Program-made: the position numbers and the translations under genes
Assembly (NCBI RefSeq): GCF_009914755.1
Contig: NC_060938.1
Direction: 5' to 3' (one strand)
Source of the DNA: the human T2T-CHM13v2.0 reference genome, Homo sapiens
Length of the DNA stretch: 64,000 nucleotides
Shown here: one piece after another, positions 18,414 through 36,135 of the stretch
How the letters are laid out: each line of letters opens with the position of its first letter
Position numbering within the stretch: position 1 is the stretch's first letter
Notes under the pieces: generated by a model
Databases searched by the model: none
What the model was told of the DNA's origin: nothing
The model's input: only the letters and a program-made list of their open reading frames with translations

Positions 18414-20056
18414 AGGCTAACTAGACAATTAAATTTATTCATTTATTTAAGAGGCAGGGGGAGTTTTGCTCTGTTGCCCAGGCTGGTCTTGAACTCCTGG
18501 CCTCAAGCAGTCCTCCCGCCTCACCCTTCCAAAGTGCTAGGATTACAGGAATGTGCAGCCTCACTGGGCTAGACACTTAAATTTAGTTATGCTTCAGAGC
18601 AAATCCAGAGACAGACTGAATATTTTTATCAAAAAATGACTGAGATCTGAACTTTTCATGGTCATCTGCAAGCTTTTAAAAGAAATAAAAATGCTAAATT
18701 CAAGTTCATCACAGCCCGCAGCTTTGGAACTATCCATATTTCTCTATGTTTGGTTTGTTTGAGCTTTATTTCAAGGTAATTGCTAACCGAAAGCCAGCTT
18801 TCAAGCTGCCACTTACCCACCTTTCCCACCTACTCTTCCTGCCACCTTCTGTACCTCCAAAGATCTAAAAAACCGGTGTATGACTATTTGTTTGTTGTAT
18901 CTGTCCCAGAAGTTTTAGATATGTGTTTCTTTCTTTCTTTCTTTTGAGATAGAGTCTTGCTCTGTTGCCCAGGCTGGAGTGCAGTGGCTTGATCTTGGCT
19001 TACTGAAACCTCCACCTCCCGAGTTCAAGTGATTCTCCTGCCTCAGCCTCCCAAGTAGCTGGGATTACAGGTGCCTCCCACCATGCCCAGCTAATTTTTG
19101 TATTTTAGTAGAGATGGGGTTTCACCATGTTGGCCAGGCTGTTCTCAAACTCCTGACCTCAAATGATCCACTCACTTCAGCCTCCCAAAGTGTTGGGATT
19201 ACAGGCGTGAGCCATCGCGCCCAGCCGTTTTAGATATGTTTTGACCAGGGGTGAATACATGCATATAGGCCCCTGGTTTTGTGATGAGGAACAACTGGGT
19301 TATGATAATTTTCTCATAATAGTCAGAGGCTAGAGTGAATTCTAGTAGGATGACTCAGAGGCTAGTTGGTGGTGGACTGAAGTCACAGAATATTTTCTGC
19401 TGTTAATCAGATTTTGATATGTGTCTAGCTGCACCCTGTTCCAGGATCTTTAGAGAAAGCTGGGAACTCTAAGATATTTGTCTTTAGAATGGCAACTAAT
19501 TACTGAGAAACACTTGCTTTGATTCTCCAAAGTTCTCTTATCTTGGTGTAATTTTAAAAACTTTCCTTCACACTTTTGTTTAAAATTATATTTTAAAACA
19601 GGCAGGTCCTAGGTTCTAGTTGCAAATTGATAATTACACATGTAGACAATGTAATTATCTGAGGGAAAGACAGAGTTTATCCCTTCCACCTTCCACCTTC
19701 TCCACCAAAAACTTAATTACAGTTTGTGGGTGAGCTTTAACTTGTTAGAATAATCTTAGATGAAGTTATGAGTTTTTATTCTAAACACTTAAAATGTATA
19801 GAATTGAAACATGTTAAAAGTTCTGGTCCTCATTATAATTTAGTTTTAGTTTTGCAGTTGCCATTTGTCTTTACATATTTGAAGGGAAAGGTAACGATAT
19901 TAATTACTAGACTTTGATTTTGGTTGATCAGTAATCTTGTGCTTACGACTGGTTTGCGGCTGGGCACGGTGGCTCACACCTGTAATCCCAGCACTTTGGG
20001 AGGCCGAGGTGGGCAGATCGCTTGAGCTCAGCAGTTCAAAACCAGCCTGGGGATCA

Positions 20057-20302
<246 letters not shown>

Positions 20303-20725
20303 TTATAGTATTATTAAATAGTTTTCCCCAAATTAACATTATTTTTAAAATTGAATACAAGTTTCAAATTATTAACATCAAGAAAAAATACAGGCTTTGG
20401 TGAGGTGGTTTAGGCCTGTAATCCCAGCACTTTGGGAGGCTAAGGTGGGTGGTTTGCTTGAGCTCAGGTGTTCAAGACCAGCCTGGACAACATAGCAAGA
20501 CCCCAGTCTCTACAAAAAAATTTAAAATTTAGCTGGGGGTGATAACACATGCCTACAGTCCTAGCTATTTGGGAGGCTGAGGCAAGGAGGATCGTCTGAG
20601 CCTGTGGGGTTGAGGCTACAGTGAGCTGTGATCACACCACTACATGCCAGCCTATCTAGCCTGGGCAACCAAGTGAGACATTGTCTCCAAAAACTGAAAA
20701 AAAAGGTGTGTGTGTGTGTGTGTAA

Positions 20726-20999
<274 letters not shown>

Positions 21000-21684
21000 T
21001 GATCCACCTGCCTTGGTCTCCCAAAGTGCTGGGATTACAGGCGTGCGCCACCATGCCTGGCCCTTGTGTAAGATTTTAAAATGAGGTTTATTGTTGCCCA
21101 GGCTGCAATGCAGTGCATGAGCCATCATGCCTGGTCAAGATTTATTTTATTTTATTTTTATTTTTTATTTATTTATTTTTTTGAGACAGAGTCTCGCTCT
21201 GTTGCCCAGGCTGGAATGCACTGGCATGATCATGGCTCACTGCAGCCTTGACCTCCCGGGCTCAAGTGATTCTTCCACTTCAGCCTCCTGAGTAGCTGGT
21301 ACTACAGGCTCATGCTGCCATGCCCAGCTAATTTTTCTTTTCTTTTTTTTTTTTTTTTTTTTTTTTGTTAAAGATGGGGTCTCGCTATATTACCCTGCCT
21401 GGTCTTGAACTCCCAGCCTCAAGCCATCCTCCTGCCTTGGCCTCCCAAAGTGCTGGGATTATAGGTATGAGCCACTGCACCCAGTCAGCTAATTCTAATT
21501 TGAATTGATAAACTTCTCTATTATATAAACAACCTTAAGAATTAGTGCCTATCCTAGGGTTTAAGTTCTTTAAAATTTTAAGGTATGTAACTTTTAACTA
21601 TTTTGCTTAATCTCTAACTCATTTCTTAAATGTGACAATTTTTTCTTCTCTTTTGTTTGGTCCACATTTTTGCTTAAAAATTAA

Positions 21685-21987
<303 letters not shown>

Positions 21988-22135
21988 TAAAAGTTAAAGA
22001 TTTCTTAACATATTCTATTTGGTTCTGTTTTGTATCATTTAACACTATTTTACTTATACTTTTCAAAGGGTCTGCTAGATATTCTGAATTAGGGAACACT
22101 GTTTCAATACTATTTATTTATTTATTTATTTTTGA

Positions 22136-22294
<159 letters not shown>

Positions 22295-23072
22295 TAGTAG
22301 AGACGGGGTTTCTCCATGTTGGTCAAGCTGGTCTGGAACTCCCGGCCTCAGGTGATCTGCCTGCCTCGGCTTCCCAAAGTGCTGGGATTACAGGCGTGAG
22401 CCACCACGCTCGGCCTTCAATACTATTTTTAAACTTTCTTTCAACTTATTTTATCCAGGCCTGAAATAAGAGCAAGCAGACCCACACATTCTCTGGTGAA
22501 CAGGTTTTGGAATCTATTTTGTCATTTTGTAGGATATGAAAGAACAAAAGAAGGGTCCAAGTTATATAATTCTTTTATTTTCTGTGTGAATGTTTTTAAC
22601 CTTTGAGAATCTGGAACTCAAAATGTTCTTTATGTGAAGTGTACCAAGATTTTGAAACCTATCCAATAGTCCCATAGACAGTTTTTTAAAAAATAAACAT
22701 AGAAATTGACCCTTCCGGTTTTAAAGCTTAAAATTTAGGTATCCCCCAGACATCTCAGAAAGTATCAAAGAACTTAAACTTACCAGATCACTACATATGA
22801 ATTTTGGTGTACCACCACTCAGTCCACAGCAAACATTAAACCCTCATAATATCCTTTTAGATATATGTTTATATACGTGTGTGTACTATGTATAACTTTT
22901 CCATTTTTTTGCTTTGTTTTTTGTTTTAGAGACAGGGTCTGGCTCTGTTGCCCAGGGTGGAGTGCAATGGCACAATTAGAGCTCACCTAAGCCTCAAACT
23001 CCTCAAATGATCCTCCTGCTTCAGTCTCCCCAGTAGCTGGGACTATGGGTGTGTACCACCATGCCTCGCTAA

Positions 23073-23267
<195 letters not shown>

Positions 23268-23335
23268 TGAAATATGACTATCTTTGGATGTGAATAGATG
23301 CCTTTCAGCAAGTCAATTGTACTTTTTTAGTGTAA

Positions 23336-23646
<311 letters not shown>

Positions 23647-24382
23647 TAAAGTGCTAGGATTACAGGCGTGAGCCACCAGTCCCGGCCACCAATTCTCTTT
23701 TGTTGATAATTGAGTTGATTTTTTTTTTTCTATTAAAGCTTTGAACATACATCTCTGTGCTCAGGATAAAGTCCTGGAAGTGGAACTGCTGGATCACAAA
23801 GGGTGCAAAAGTTTTTGAACAGCCAACAGCCTTCCAGAAAGGCTGTATCAATTATAAACAGCAGCGTATTTGTGTGTCCCTACTTCACCATACCCCTAGC
23901 AACTCTATGAATTATTATTATTGTTAATAATTTTTAGCTCATTTGGTAGGTGGGGAAAAAAAGACACCCTGGTGATTAAAACCAACAATTTGTGATATTT
24001 AAAATGTGGAACCGAGCTTTCAGCTGCCTCTGGCTCCCTGGAGGATCCGGGGTAAAGAAACATAAAATGGGTGGAGTTTGGCTCTGGTATTCTCAGTGGG
24101 ATGGGATGGAGAGGGAAATTACAGCAAGCCGCTTATTCTCCCCTCGTCCGGAAAAGGGTGGGAAACGCCATCGTTAGGGCAAAGGAATTAAGAACATTAT
24201 TTTATGAAAAGGGTAGTTGTTAGGGGGACGTTTTAAGGTTTTTAACTTTAGGCGGACAAGTCACTACAGATCAGCTGAAATTGCTTTCGGTCCTGACTAC
24301 TCCTGTGCGGGGTTAAGACCTAAGGAAGCAAAAGGGCAGCCAGCAACAGCCGGACGGGAGGACCCCGGCGGCCGCCACGCAG

Positions 24383-24398
24383 TCCCACAATGCCCCGC
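24383..24398 (+). promoter_or_regulatory. ZNF143/Staf binding site (SBS)-like motif
   Basis: TCCCACAATGCCCCGC matches the Staf/ZNF143 consensus YCCCAnAATGCmyyrC. Confidence 0.6.
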
Positions 24399-24469
24399 TC
24401 GCACCACCCTGAGGGCGGAGAGAAAGGACCGCTGCCGGGGATAGGGCTTCCGCCGAGAGCGCCGAGAAG

Positions 24470-24481
24470 TGCGCACGCGCA
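24470..24481. promoter_or_regulatory. NRF1 motif
   Basis: TGCGCACGCGCA fits the NRF1 consensus YGCGCAYGCGCR exactly. Confidence 0.7.
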
Positions 24482-24491
24482 CTGACCCCGC

Positions 24492-24525
24492 GGGCCCTAG
24501 CAACCAGAGCAGTGACAGTAGCAAC
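24492..24525. promoter_or_regulatory. Two tandem RFX X-box-like motifs
   Basis: GGGCCCTAGCAAC (24492-24504) and GTGACAGTAGCAAC (24512-24525), both with the TAGCAAC half-site. RFX control of ciliary genes is established. Confidence 0.7.
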
Positions 24526-24532
24526 CGCCGGA

Positions 24533-24535
24533 ATG
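24533..24535 (+). CDS. DNAL1: DNAL1 exon 1 coding part (initiator ATG only)
   Basis: ccggaATG|gtgagt: the ATG is followed immediately by a consensus donor at 24536, inside a CpG island, and joins in frame to exon 2 (GCG AAA GCA...). Confidence 0.93.
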
Positions 24536-25748
24536 GTGAGTACCTTTCGGGCCGCGTAGCCAAAGCTGAGAGAAGATTGGGAGTGGAAAAGGGTGACTGT
24601 GGAGTGTTGAGGGTCTGGGGGTCCTTGAACAGCGGAAGGGAGCCGGTAGCTGACGCTAGCTCTGTGGAGTCAGGGGCCCGAGGCGAAAGAGAAGCCCTGG
24701 CCGGGGGTGGTCTGTGGTGAGGGCGGCCTGGGGTGGATCGGAGGTTGGGTTAAGGTGGAGGGACTCAGACAGGAGAAAAGGGAGGGCGAAGAGCAGGAAA
24801 TTCTCTAAAAAGAGCGTATTGGAGTGGGAAGGGTGATGGGAAGGAGAGTGTAGATAAAGATATCTCTTTACATAGAAGTAATTTTAGTGACCCCCCCGTC
24901 GAGATGCAGGGAGGGGCTGGTTACCAGAGGGTTCTGTATAACACGGATTGCAGCAGTTTTCGTAACCTGTGATGTACCCAGGTTGCCTTCTGAATGACTA
25001 CGAGGGCAGTTATTAGGTGACACTGTAAAGCACACTCTGATGGATATATTAGAGCAGTGATTCTCAAATTTCAGTATGCATAGGTATGGGCTTGTTGGAA
25101 TGCAGATTGTGAATTTTTAATATGATTGGGGGTTTCAGGAATGTGCATTTCGACAACACACCTCAAGTGATTATAAAATTGGAGGGCATCCCACCACACT
25201 GAGAAATGCTGTTGCCTTAGGTTTGAAATCTACCAGCTGTCTATCCAATGAGAGCTCTTTATGAAGTAATGGTTTTACCTAGAGATGCTCCTCAACTCTT
25301 ACTTGATGTGTTCACTCTCTTGCTTACATACTTGGTAGTTCTAACTAGTCGTTTGAAAAGGATTGCAGACCCAGCCAGAGCTATTGAGCAAAGTATGTGA
25401 TGTCCTACTGGATAGAGATGTTTATGAAGAAGAAGCATAATTACTTGTCTTCTTTTTGTGATTCCAGTGCTATATAAGTGGGCAGAAATTGAGCCCAGGA
25501 GATGGAAATGATGAGGAAGTCATGCCTGCCCTCAACAAGATGAAATACCACTCTTTAAAAAGTAGTTTCCCCCCTGCTTTCCTTACTTTGTTCCCCAAGC
25601 AGTTAGCTGAAAATCACTGCCAAGGAAAGTTAAAAGTTCTGGAACCTAGGTTTATATTCAGGTGAAGAAAGGCTCAGACCTAAATATTTATGAAAGTATG
25701 AACCATGGTGATTGTTGAAAATCTTCAAATAGAGAATCAGAACCAGTA

Positions 25749-26364
<616 letters not shown>

Positions 26365-26688
26365 TATTTAGAACTGGCTTAGTCTGCAAACTAGCAGACC
26401 TGGGTCCCTCCAGAAATATTGACCCACATAGTATTTCAATTTAAAAAAATTTATCTTTCAGTGTCTTTTTTTCCCCCTTATGACCTGCCACTTCAGGACA
26501 ATGTCTTCAAATGATGATATTTCACATTAAAACCAAGATTTCCAATTTCTCTTGAAAAATAAATATTGGGGCAGGGCACGGTGGCTCACACCTTTAATTC
26601 CAGCACTTTGGTAGGCCGAGGTGGGCGGATCACGAGGTCAGAAGATCGAGACCATCCTGGCTATCATGGTGAAACCCCATCACTACTA

Positions 26689-26976
<288 letters not shown>

Positions 26977-27892
26977 TTACTTAATGATACATAAAATAAA
27001 GGTGTTACTCAATGGAGTTTTTAAATTTGAAGAAGTATGGTGTATTAGGGTAGCTCTTTTCCCCAAGTCCCACCTGCTAACAGTTGTCTGGAGCTGAGTA
27101 GAGGTTATCTTCTTTACACTAGTCCTGTCCTTAGTTGGCCAGTTTTACTTATTAGTTAAGTCCATGAGGACCTTCAGGCATTTGAGTTTTTGACTCCTTC
27201 TATCCATAGGAAAACCAGTTAAACCTTATACAAATTTATATTGCTGCAATAAACAGCTAGATGGCTTCAACTCTTTTTCTACTAACAGTGTTGTGAAAAT
27301 ACTTTTTTATGGACCCATGCAAAAGATTTCTCTTGGAAACACACCCAGGAGTGGGATTGTACCGTCATAGGGTCTATGTATACTTAATTTGCCTAGGTAC
27401 TTTTCAGGCTGCTTTCCAGAATGGCTTGACCAGTGTTTACTTCCTCCGGCAGTGCAGGAGAGTTCCATTTCTTCTTGTTTGTTCGTTTTGATACAGAGTC
27501 TCGTTCTGTCGCCCAAGCTGGAGTGCAGTGGCACAATCTCGGCTCACTGCAGCCTCTGCCCCTAGGGCTCAAGTGATTCTTCTGCTTCAGCCTCCCGAGT
27601 AGCTGGGATTACAGGCACTCACCACCACGCCCGGCTAATTTTTGTATTTTCAGTAGAGATGGAGTTTCCCTATGTTGGCCAGGCTGGTCTCAAACTCTTG
27701 ACCTCAAGTGATCTGCCCACCCAGGCCTCCCAAAATGGTGGGATTGCAGGCGTGAGCCACCGCGCCTGGCCAAGAGTTCCCCTTTCTTTATGTGCTCACC
27801 AATTTTCTAACTTTTGCCAATCCGAGGGTGTGTTTTAGTATTCCATTGTTTTACTTTGCATTTTTCTGATTCTCGATGTGTTATAACACCTC

Positions 27893-27897
<5 letters not shown>

Positions 27898-27945
<48 letters not shown>
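27898..27945. repeat. (AT)~24 microsatellite
   Basis: Uninterrupted TA dinucleotide run next to an Alu tail. Confidence 0.95.
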
Positions 27946-27953
<8 letters not shown>

Positions 27954-28733
27954 TGTTTGTTTTTGTTTTTTGGGGGGACAAGATCTTGCTCTGTTGCCTG
28001 GTCTGGAGTGCAGTGGCCCCATCAGGGCTCCTCCACCTCCCGGGATCCTCCCACCTCAGCCCCTGCGAGTAGTTGGGACTACAGGCCTGCACCACCACTC
28101 CTGGCTAATTTTTTTGTGTTTTTAGTAGAGAGAGGGTTCTCCATGTTGCCCAAGCTGGTCTTGAATTCCTGGACTCAGGCGATATGGCCACCTCGGCCTC
28201 CCAAAATGCTGGGATTACAAGCGTGAGCCACCATGCCCAGCCTTCTTGATATTCTTATTAGTCATCTGGGTTTCAGTTTCTGTGAATTTTCTGTTCATAT
28301 TTTTACCAATTTTTCCATTTTTCTTTTTGTTTTCGAATTTTAGGCATTCCTTGTGTATTCTAAATATTGGTCCTCATTGGTTTCATGTTGAAAATATCTT
28401 CTCTCGGCCAGAAGAATAATAAATATATATATTAATTATTATAAATAATAATTATTATTCATAGTGGTGATTAGAAGTGATCCTTGATGTGCTTGAGATT
28501 TGTTTTTGTTTTTGTTTTTTTGAGACAGAGTCTCACTCTGTTGCCCAGGCTGGAGTGCAGTGGTGCAGTCTGGGCTCACTGCATCCTCCACCACCTGGGT
28601 TCAAGCAATTCTCCTCGTCAGCCTCCCGAATAGCTGGAATTACAGGCACCCGCCACCACGCCTGGCTAATTTTCATATTTTTAGTAGAGACGGGGGTCTC
28701 CCCATGTTGACCAGGCTGGTCTCGAACTCTTGA

Positions 28734-29012
<279 letters not shown>

Positions 29013-29301
29013 TGATAGCCAGGATGGTCTCGATCTCCTGACCTCGTGATCCGCCCGCCTCAGCCTCCCAAAGTGCTGGGATTACAGGTGTGAGCCACCG
29101 CGCCCGGGCTGTTTGAGATTTCTAAAGGGAATATATTTAATGTTACCTTCCTAGTTAGGCCCACTTTGACCATTTTATTTGAAACTAACATCCTCCACAC
29201 ACATTTACATACATTCTGATACCCTTTACTCACCTCCAGTGTTTTCTTTTTCCTTAGTAATTGTTACCTTCTAATATACTATATAATTTTCTTATTGTAT
29301 G

Positions 29302-29947
29302 CAGTTCTCCCTTGGTATTCATGTGGGATTGGTTCCAGGACTCCCTAGGATACTGAAATCTATGGACATTCAAGTCCCTTACATATAATGGTGTGGTATT
29401 TGCATATAACTTACACACATCCTCCTGTATACTTTAAATCATCTCTAGGTTACTTATACTATGCAATACAATGTAAATATTATTTAAATAGTTGTTATAC
29501 TGTATTTTTGTTTTGTTTTGTTTTGTTTTGAGATAGGGTCTAACTCTGTAGCCCAGGCTGGAGTATAGTAGCATAATCATGGCTCACTGCAACCTTGAAC
29601 TCCTGGGCTCAAATAGTCCCCCTGCCTCAGCCTCCTGAGTACCTAGGACTACAGGTACATGCCACCTTGCCTGGCTAATTTTTTTATCTTTATTTTTTGT
29701 AGAGATGGGGTGTCACTATATTGTCCAGGCTAGTTTCAACTCTTGGCCTCAAGTGATCCTCTGACCTCAGCCTCCCAAAGTACTGGGATTATAGGCATGA
29801 GCCACTGCACCTGGCCATTGTTTTTACAATTTGTATTATTTTTTATTGTTGTTATTGTTACTTTTTAGTGGATTTTTTTCACATGTTTTCTATCCTTGGT
29901 GGGTTGAATCTGCAGATGTGGAACCTGAGGATATGGAGGGCCAACTG
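29302..29947. mobile_element. MER2 (Tigger family) with a nested Alu
   Basis: CAGTTCTCCCTTGGTATTCATGTGGGATTGGTTCCAGGAC ... GAGGGCCAACTG|TA. Confidence 0.75.
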
Positions 29948-31894
29948 TATATATTTTTATCATCTGCTCCTTCTAATAGATGTAAGCTCCATGAAGGCAG
30001 GAATCTCTGTTTTGTTCATTGATATACCTAAACACATAGAGGAATGCTTGGTAGATAATAGACAATTAATATTTGCTGAAATAAATGCATTTCTCCATTA
30101 AGTATGGTGTTTGTTATAGAGTTTTGTTATATAGCTTTTATCAAGGAATTTCCCTTTCTTTTTATTTATTTTTTATTTTATTTTTGGAGACGGGAGTCTT
30201 GCTATGGTGCCCAGGCTGTTCTCAAACTCCTGACCTCAAGAAATCCTCCCACCTCAGCCTCCAAAAGTCCTGGGATTACAGGTGTGAGCCACTGTGCCTG
30301 GCCAGGCAATTGCCCTTTAATTTTTAGCTGAGAGCTTTTATTTTATTTTTTAAAGAGCTGGGGTCTTACTATATTGCCTAGACTGGCCTTCAATTATGGG
30401 CTCCAGCAGTCCTTCTGCCTCAGCCTCCTGAGTAGCTGGGACTACAGGCATGTGTCACCAAACCCAGCTGCTGAGAGCTTTTAACATCAAATGTAGAACT
30501 TTATCAAGTACTTTTTCCATGCTTATTGAAATAAATGTGACTTTCCCCTCTAATCCATTAATTAGTTATATTTATAGATTCTTTTGTTGTGTTCCTTGTA
30601 CTCTTGGGATAATCTATTCTTGATCATGGTTCAATAAACACCATTGGCTTTGACAATCTAATATTTTTTTTTCTGTTTCTTTTTCTTTTTGTAGAGATGG
30701 GGTCTTGCTGTGTTGTCCAGGCTGGTCTCAAACTCCTGGCCTCAAGTGATCCTCCAGCCTTGGCTTCCCATAGTGCTGGGATTGCAGGCATGAGCCACCA
30801 TGTCCAGCTTGAAGATATAATATTGTATCTAGGATTTTCAAATCCATGTTGAAAAGTAAATTGGGCTCCTTATGTGGTTATGGCATCAAGGTTATACTAG
30901 CCTCTTAAAATAAGTTGGCAACTTTCCCTCTTTTTCTGGTTTCTGAAACAACTTGTTACAGGGAATACCCTTGAAAGCTTAGTAGAACTCAATTGTAAAA
31001 GTGTCTAGGCTTGGAGTATTGGGGGAAGAGGATAAGGGTAAATCTATCATTTTAATATTTTAAATAGTATTGGTCTATTCAAATTTTCTTGATTCTTATG
31101 ACAGTTTTGACACTTTTATGTTTTTTATAGAAATGTATGCCTTGTCTGGGTTTTAAACCTTATTGCCATATGTTTGCTTACGATATTTATTTTTTATTTT
31201 GGAGACAAGAGTCTTGCTCTGCTGCCCGGGCTGCAGTGCAATGCCGCAATCTCGGCTCATTGCAACCTCCACCTCCTGGATTTAAACAATTCTTCTGCCT
31301 CAGCCACCCAAGTAGCTGGAAATACAGGTGCACATCACCATGCCCAGCTAAGTTTTGTATTTTTAGTAGAGACGGGGTTTCACCATGTTGGCCAGCCTGG
31401 TCTCAAACTCCTGACCTCAAGTGATCTACCCGCCTCAGCCTCCCAAAGTGCTAGGATTACAGGCGTGAGCCACTGTGCCCAGCCATATTTTATTTTTAAA
31501 ATCTCTGTGTCTATAGTTATTTCTCTGTATTCTCTCTCTTTTTCTGTATATGTGTATGTGTGGTTTTTGTTTGTTTGTTTTTTGAGACAAGATCTTGCTT
31601 TGTCACCCAGGCTGAGTGCAGTGGCACCATTTAGGCTCATGCAGCCCTGACCTCCCGGGCTCTAGTGGTCCTCCCGCCTCAGCCCCTGCCCAGTTCCCCA
31701 GCCCCCCAGTAGCTGTAACTACAGGTGCCTTCCACTATGCCTGGCTAATATTTGTATTTTTTTGTAGAGACGGGGTCTTGCTATGTTGTTCAGGTTATAT
31801 ACATTTTTTGAGACAGGGTCTTGCTCTGTTGCCCAGGATGGAGTGTAGTGGTGCAATCTTGGCTCACTGCACCCTCTCTCCCTGGGTCAAATGA

Positions 31895-32218
<324 letters not shown>

Positions 32219-33057
32219 TGACTTTTTCCTTTGTATTTCCTTCTACCTTCTTTGGGTTTGTAATGATGTACTTTGCCAAATGTGTGAACGCCTATCTCAT
32301 TTGTTTTCTATCTCTTATTTTTTGACAAATATATTTGAATCTGTAAGTTTCCTTCTTAGTATTATATTCCCCAAATTTTGACTTTTTTTCTTTCATTATT
32401 TTATAATTTTCTTTTTAACCCAAGGGTTGCTTATTAGTATGTCTTTACTTTCTAGACATAATGGTATATATTTGTGAACAAAAATTCTCTCAAAAGGAAA
32501 ATGGAGGGAAGAGACTTTATTTCAATGAACAGTTTGCATATGGCTAGATGCATCCTTAGGTATAGAAGGAAGGTGTGTTCCAGAGAACAAAGGGAGGGCT
32601 TGAGTTTTATAGCAAAAGTTCCTGCCCACCTTCTCAGTCAGGTCTGTTTATGCAAATAAAGGATTCAAACTCATTCAGTTCTGGTTTGTTGATACAGCTG
32701 GGCCTTGATTGGTTGAGTCAAGTGAGCTGATTGGTTGATTCAGGTGAGTTCTGATTGGTTGGTTCATATGAACTCTGGAAGTCCCAAAGTTGAACAGAGG
32801 TGTGTTTTGGGGGGGAACTCAGAGTATGCGTGTGACCTTTAGTAAGCAGATGGCTGTTTGGCTCTAATTAATTTGATTTAATCTAATTTAATTTTTTTAG
32901 AGACAGGCTTGCCCTGTTGCCCAGGCTGGAATGTGGTGGTGCGATCATCCCTCACTGTAACCTCGAACTCTTGGGTCCAATCGATCATCCCACCTCAGCC
33001 TCCCAAATAGCTAGGACTATAGGCATACACCACCATGCCAGGCTAATTTTTTTTTAA

Positions 33058-33180
<123 letters not shown>

Positions 33181-34075
33181 TAGCTTAGGCCCTGTTTTAA
33201 ATTTAGGCCCAGTTAACTACTCAGGATTCGTCTTGAAGAATTGATTCTTTCAGGTTCACATTTGTTCACATAGTTTAAAAACTTTTCTTTTGTTATTCTT
33301 TGGGGTTCTTTTTTAAAAAAAGAGCACCAGCAGTAATTCATTAAGGATATCTTCCGTTGGGTACCTTTAGAGTTTTAAATATATTAAATTGAATCTAAGC
33401 TGCTATTAATTATAAGATGCAACATTATTTTATGTTTTACTAAGAAAAAAATGGTTTGAATTGAACTATGACAAATACTTTATTGTCATTTAAAATTTTT
33501 ATTTTGTACTTATTGATAGAGTTCTTTTAAATGTATGTAGACATACAGATTTTTATCCTATCCTTTATCCTCATCCTTTGCAAACATAAAAAGGAATATA
33601 TGATATGAAATAAAGTGGTTAATATTTTTCTAAAATTTCACCACTGCCACCTACCCACAGCAGTTGTAAATTGTTACTGATTATAAGATGTATCCAAATT
33701 TCAATATTAAAATGTAAGAAAGATGTAGATCCTTAGAATCAATGAAATAAGATGTATTTTAATATCAAGTATTGAAAGCTACATATTTTTTGTAAACCAA
33801 GTGGGAGGGAAGTGTATGGGTGTTACATAATGATTTCCTTATTTTTTCTCAGAGATATTTAAATCATTTTGATTTCAGGAAATTAAAACGTCCTCTTTGC
33901 ATATAAAGTCTCAAAGAAAGAAATCATTTTAATGGTAGAAGCCAAGGCTAATAGTTATTGCTTGAAAAGTTAATCAACAAATTACACCAATAAAGACAAA
34001 TTGGGGCTGGGCACGGTGGCTCACGCCTGTAATCCCAGCACTTTAGGAGGCCGAGGGAGGCAGATCATGAGGTCA

Positions 34076-34413
<338 letters not shown>

Positions 34414-34848
34414 GTGAGTACATGAGTTTTTCCTTCTTTTAGAAACTGTACAAGGAAAAATTTTGGATAGTTATTCAAATCTAGCTATTTAATACAAAGG
34501 ATCCTTTTGGTATTGGAACTATTCAGCTATCTTGTCTATGGTGGTGGATGCATGAACTTACACATATGATAAAATTGTGTAAAACTTAATGCACACATAC
34601 ACACAGTCATACATGCACATGAGCACAAGCAAACTTGGGAAAATCTGAATAAAATCAGTGGATTGTATCAATAGCAATACCATAGTTATATTATACTGTA
34701 GTCATAAAATGTTACCCTTGGGGGAACTGGACAAACTTTAAATATCATAATAAAAATTTCAATTTAAAAAATCTGACCACTGGAAGATTTAAATATGGAA
34801 AGGCCAATTTTACCTATTGCTATAAAATTGCTGGAATTTCTGTGTTAG

Positions 34849-35262
<414 letters not shown>

Positions 35263-35561
35263 TAGAAGGTGGTTTTAGCCTCGTGGAGGTTAGTACAGAG
35301 GCAATCATTGTGGACAATGTAAATCATGCATAGACAACTGAAAAAAACCCTGAATACTCAAGCAGCAATACTAGAAAGGAAACTACATTGTAAAAGACAT
35401 GCATTATATATAAATTATATTTTCAGTATTATATAACATTCTATAAAGTTTGAACAGTTACAATTCAGCATTATAGACAGAATTTCTATAGAGTACAAAG
35501 ATGGCTCCTGAATTTCTGTGCCCATAAACTTATTTGTCTATGTTGTCAGTAGTTTTTTTGC

Positions 35562-35598
35562 ATCACTTCTCTGCCTTTTGGCTAAGATCTAGTGTAGT
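35562..35598 (+). pseudogene. 3'-truncated U2 snRNA retrocopy (U2 nt 1-37)
   Basis: ATCACTTCTCTGCCTTTTGGCTAAGATCTAGTGTAGT versus U2 ATCGCTTCTCGGCCTTTTGGCTAAGATCAAGTGTAGT (34/37). Flanked by the direct repeat gtagtttttttgcat. Confidence 0.88.
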
Positions 35599-35961
35599 TT
35601 TTTTGCATAATAATGTACCTTTTGCTTCTGTAAGTAGGCTTTGAATAAAAAGGCTTTCAGAAGCTTTGGTGTCTGAGGAAAATAGACAAAAGTCGATAAA
35701 ATAATGAAATACTTGAATTCTTGTTTTAGTGCTTATAAATTTCTCATTTACTTTAAATGTATTTTATAATTTATTTCTGTTTTGTTAAATATTTAATGAA
35801 AAATCTTAAGGAAAAAAAGCATATGAAGTAGACTTAGTACCAGATTTCATTTTCCTTGAATTGGATTTTGAGATTTTATTTTACTTACAATAACTAGTGT
35901 TTTTTTTTGTTTTGGCTGGTAGAGTCTATTTCTAGATTACAATATGGCCATACATTTTTGA

Positions 35962-36135
<174 letters not shown>

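Larger units (their letters stand above)
24300..24800. promoter_or_regulatory. DNAL1 CpG-island promoter
   Basis: GC- and CpG-rich, non-repetitive segment around exon 1, with no obvious TATA box; boundaries approximate. Confidence 0.85.

Noticed and set aside
24217-24720. ORFs over the DNAL1 promoter (24217+, 24297-, 24469+)
   Set aside because: GC-rich chance ORFs; 24469+ crosses the exon 1 donor out of frame with the DNAL1 ATG.
27814-28226. ORFs with YIYIYI runs
   Set aside because: Translation of the (TA)n microsatellite plus Alu.
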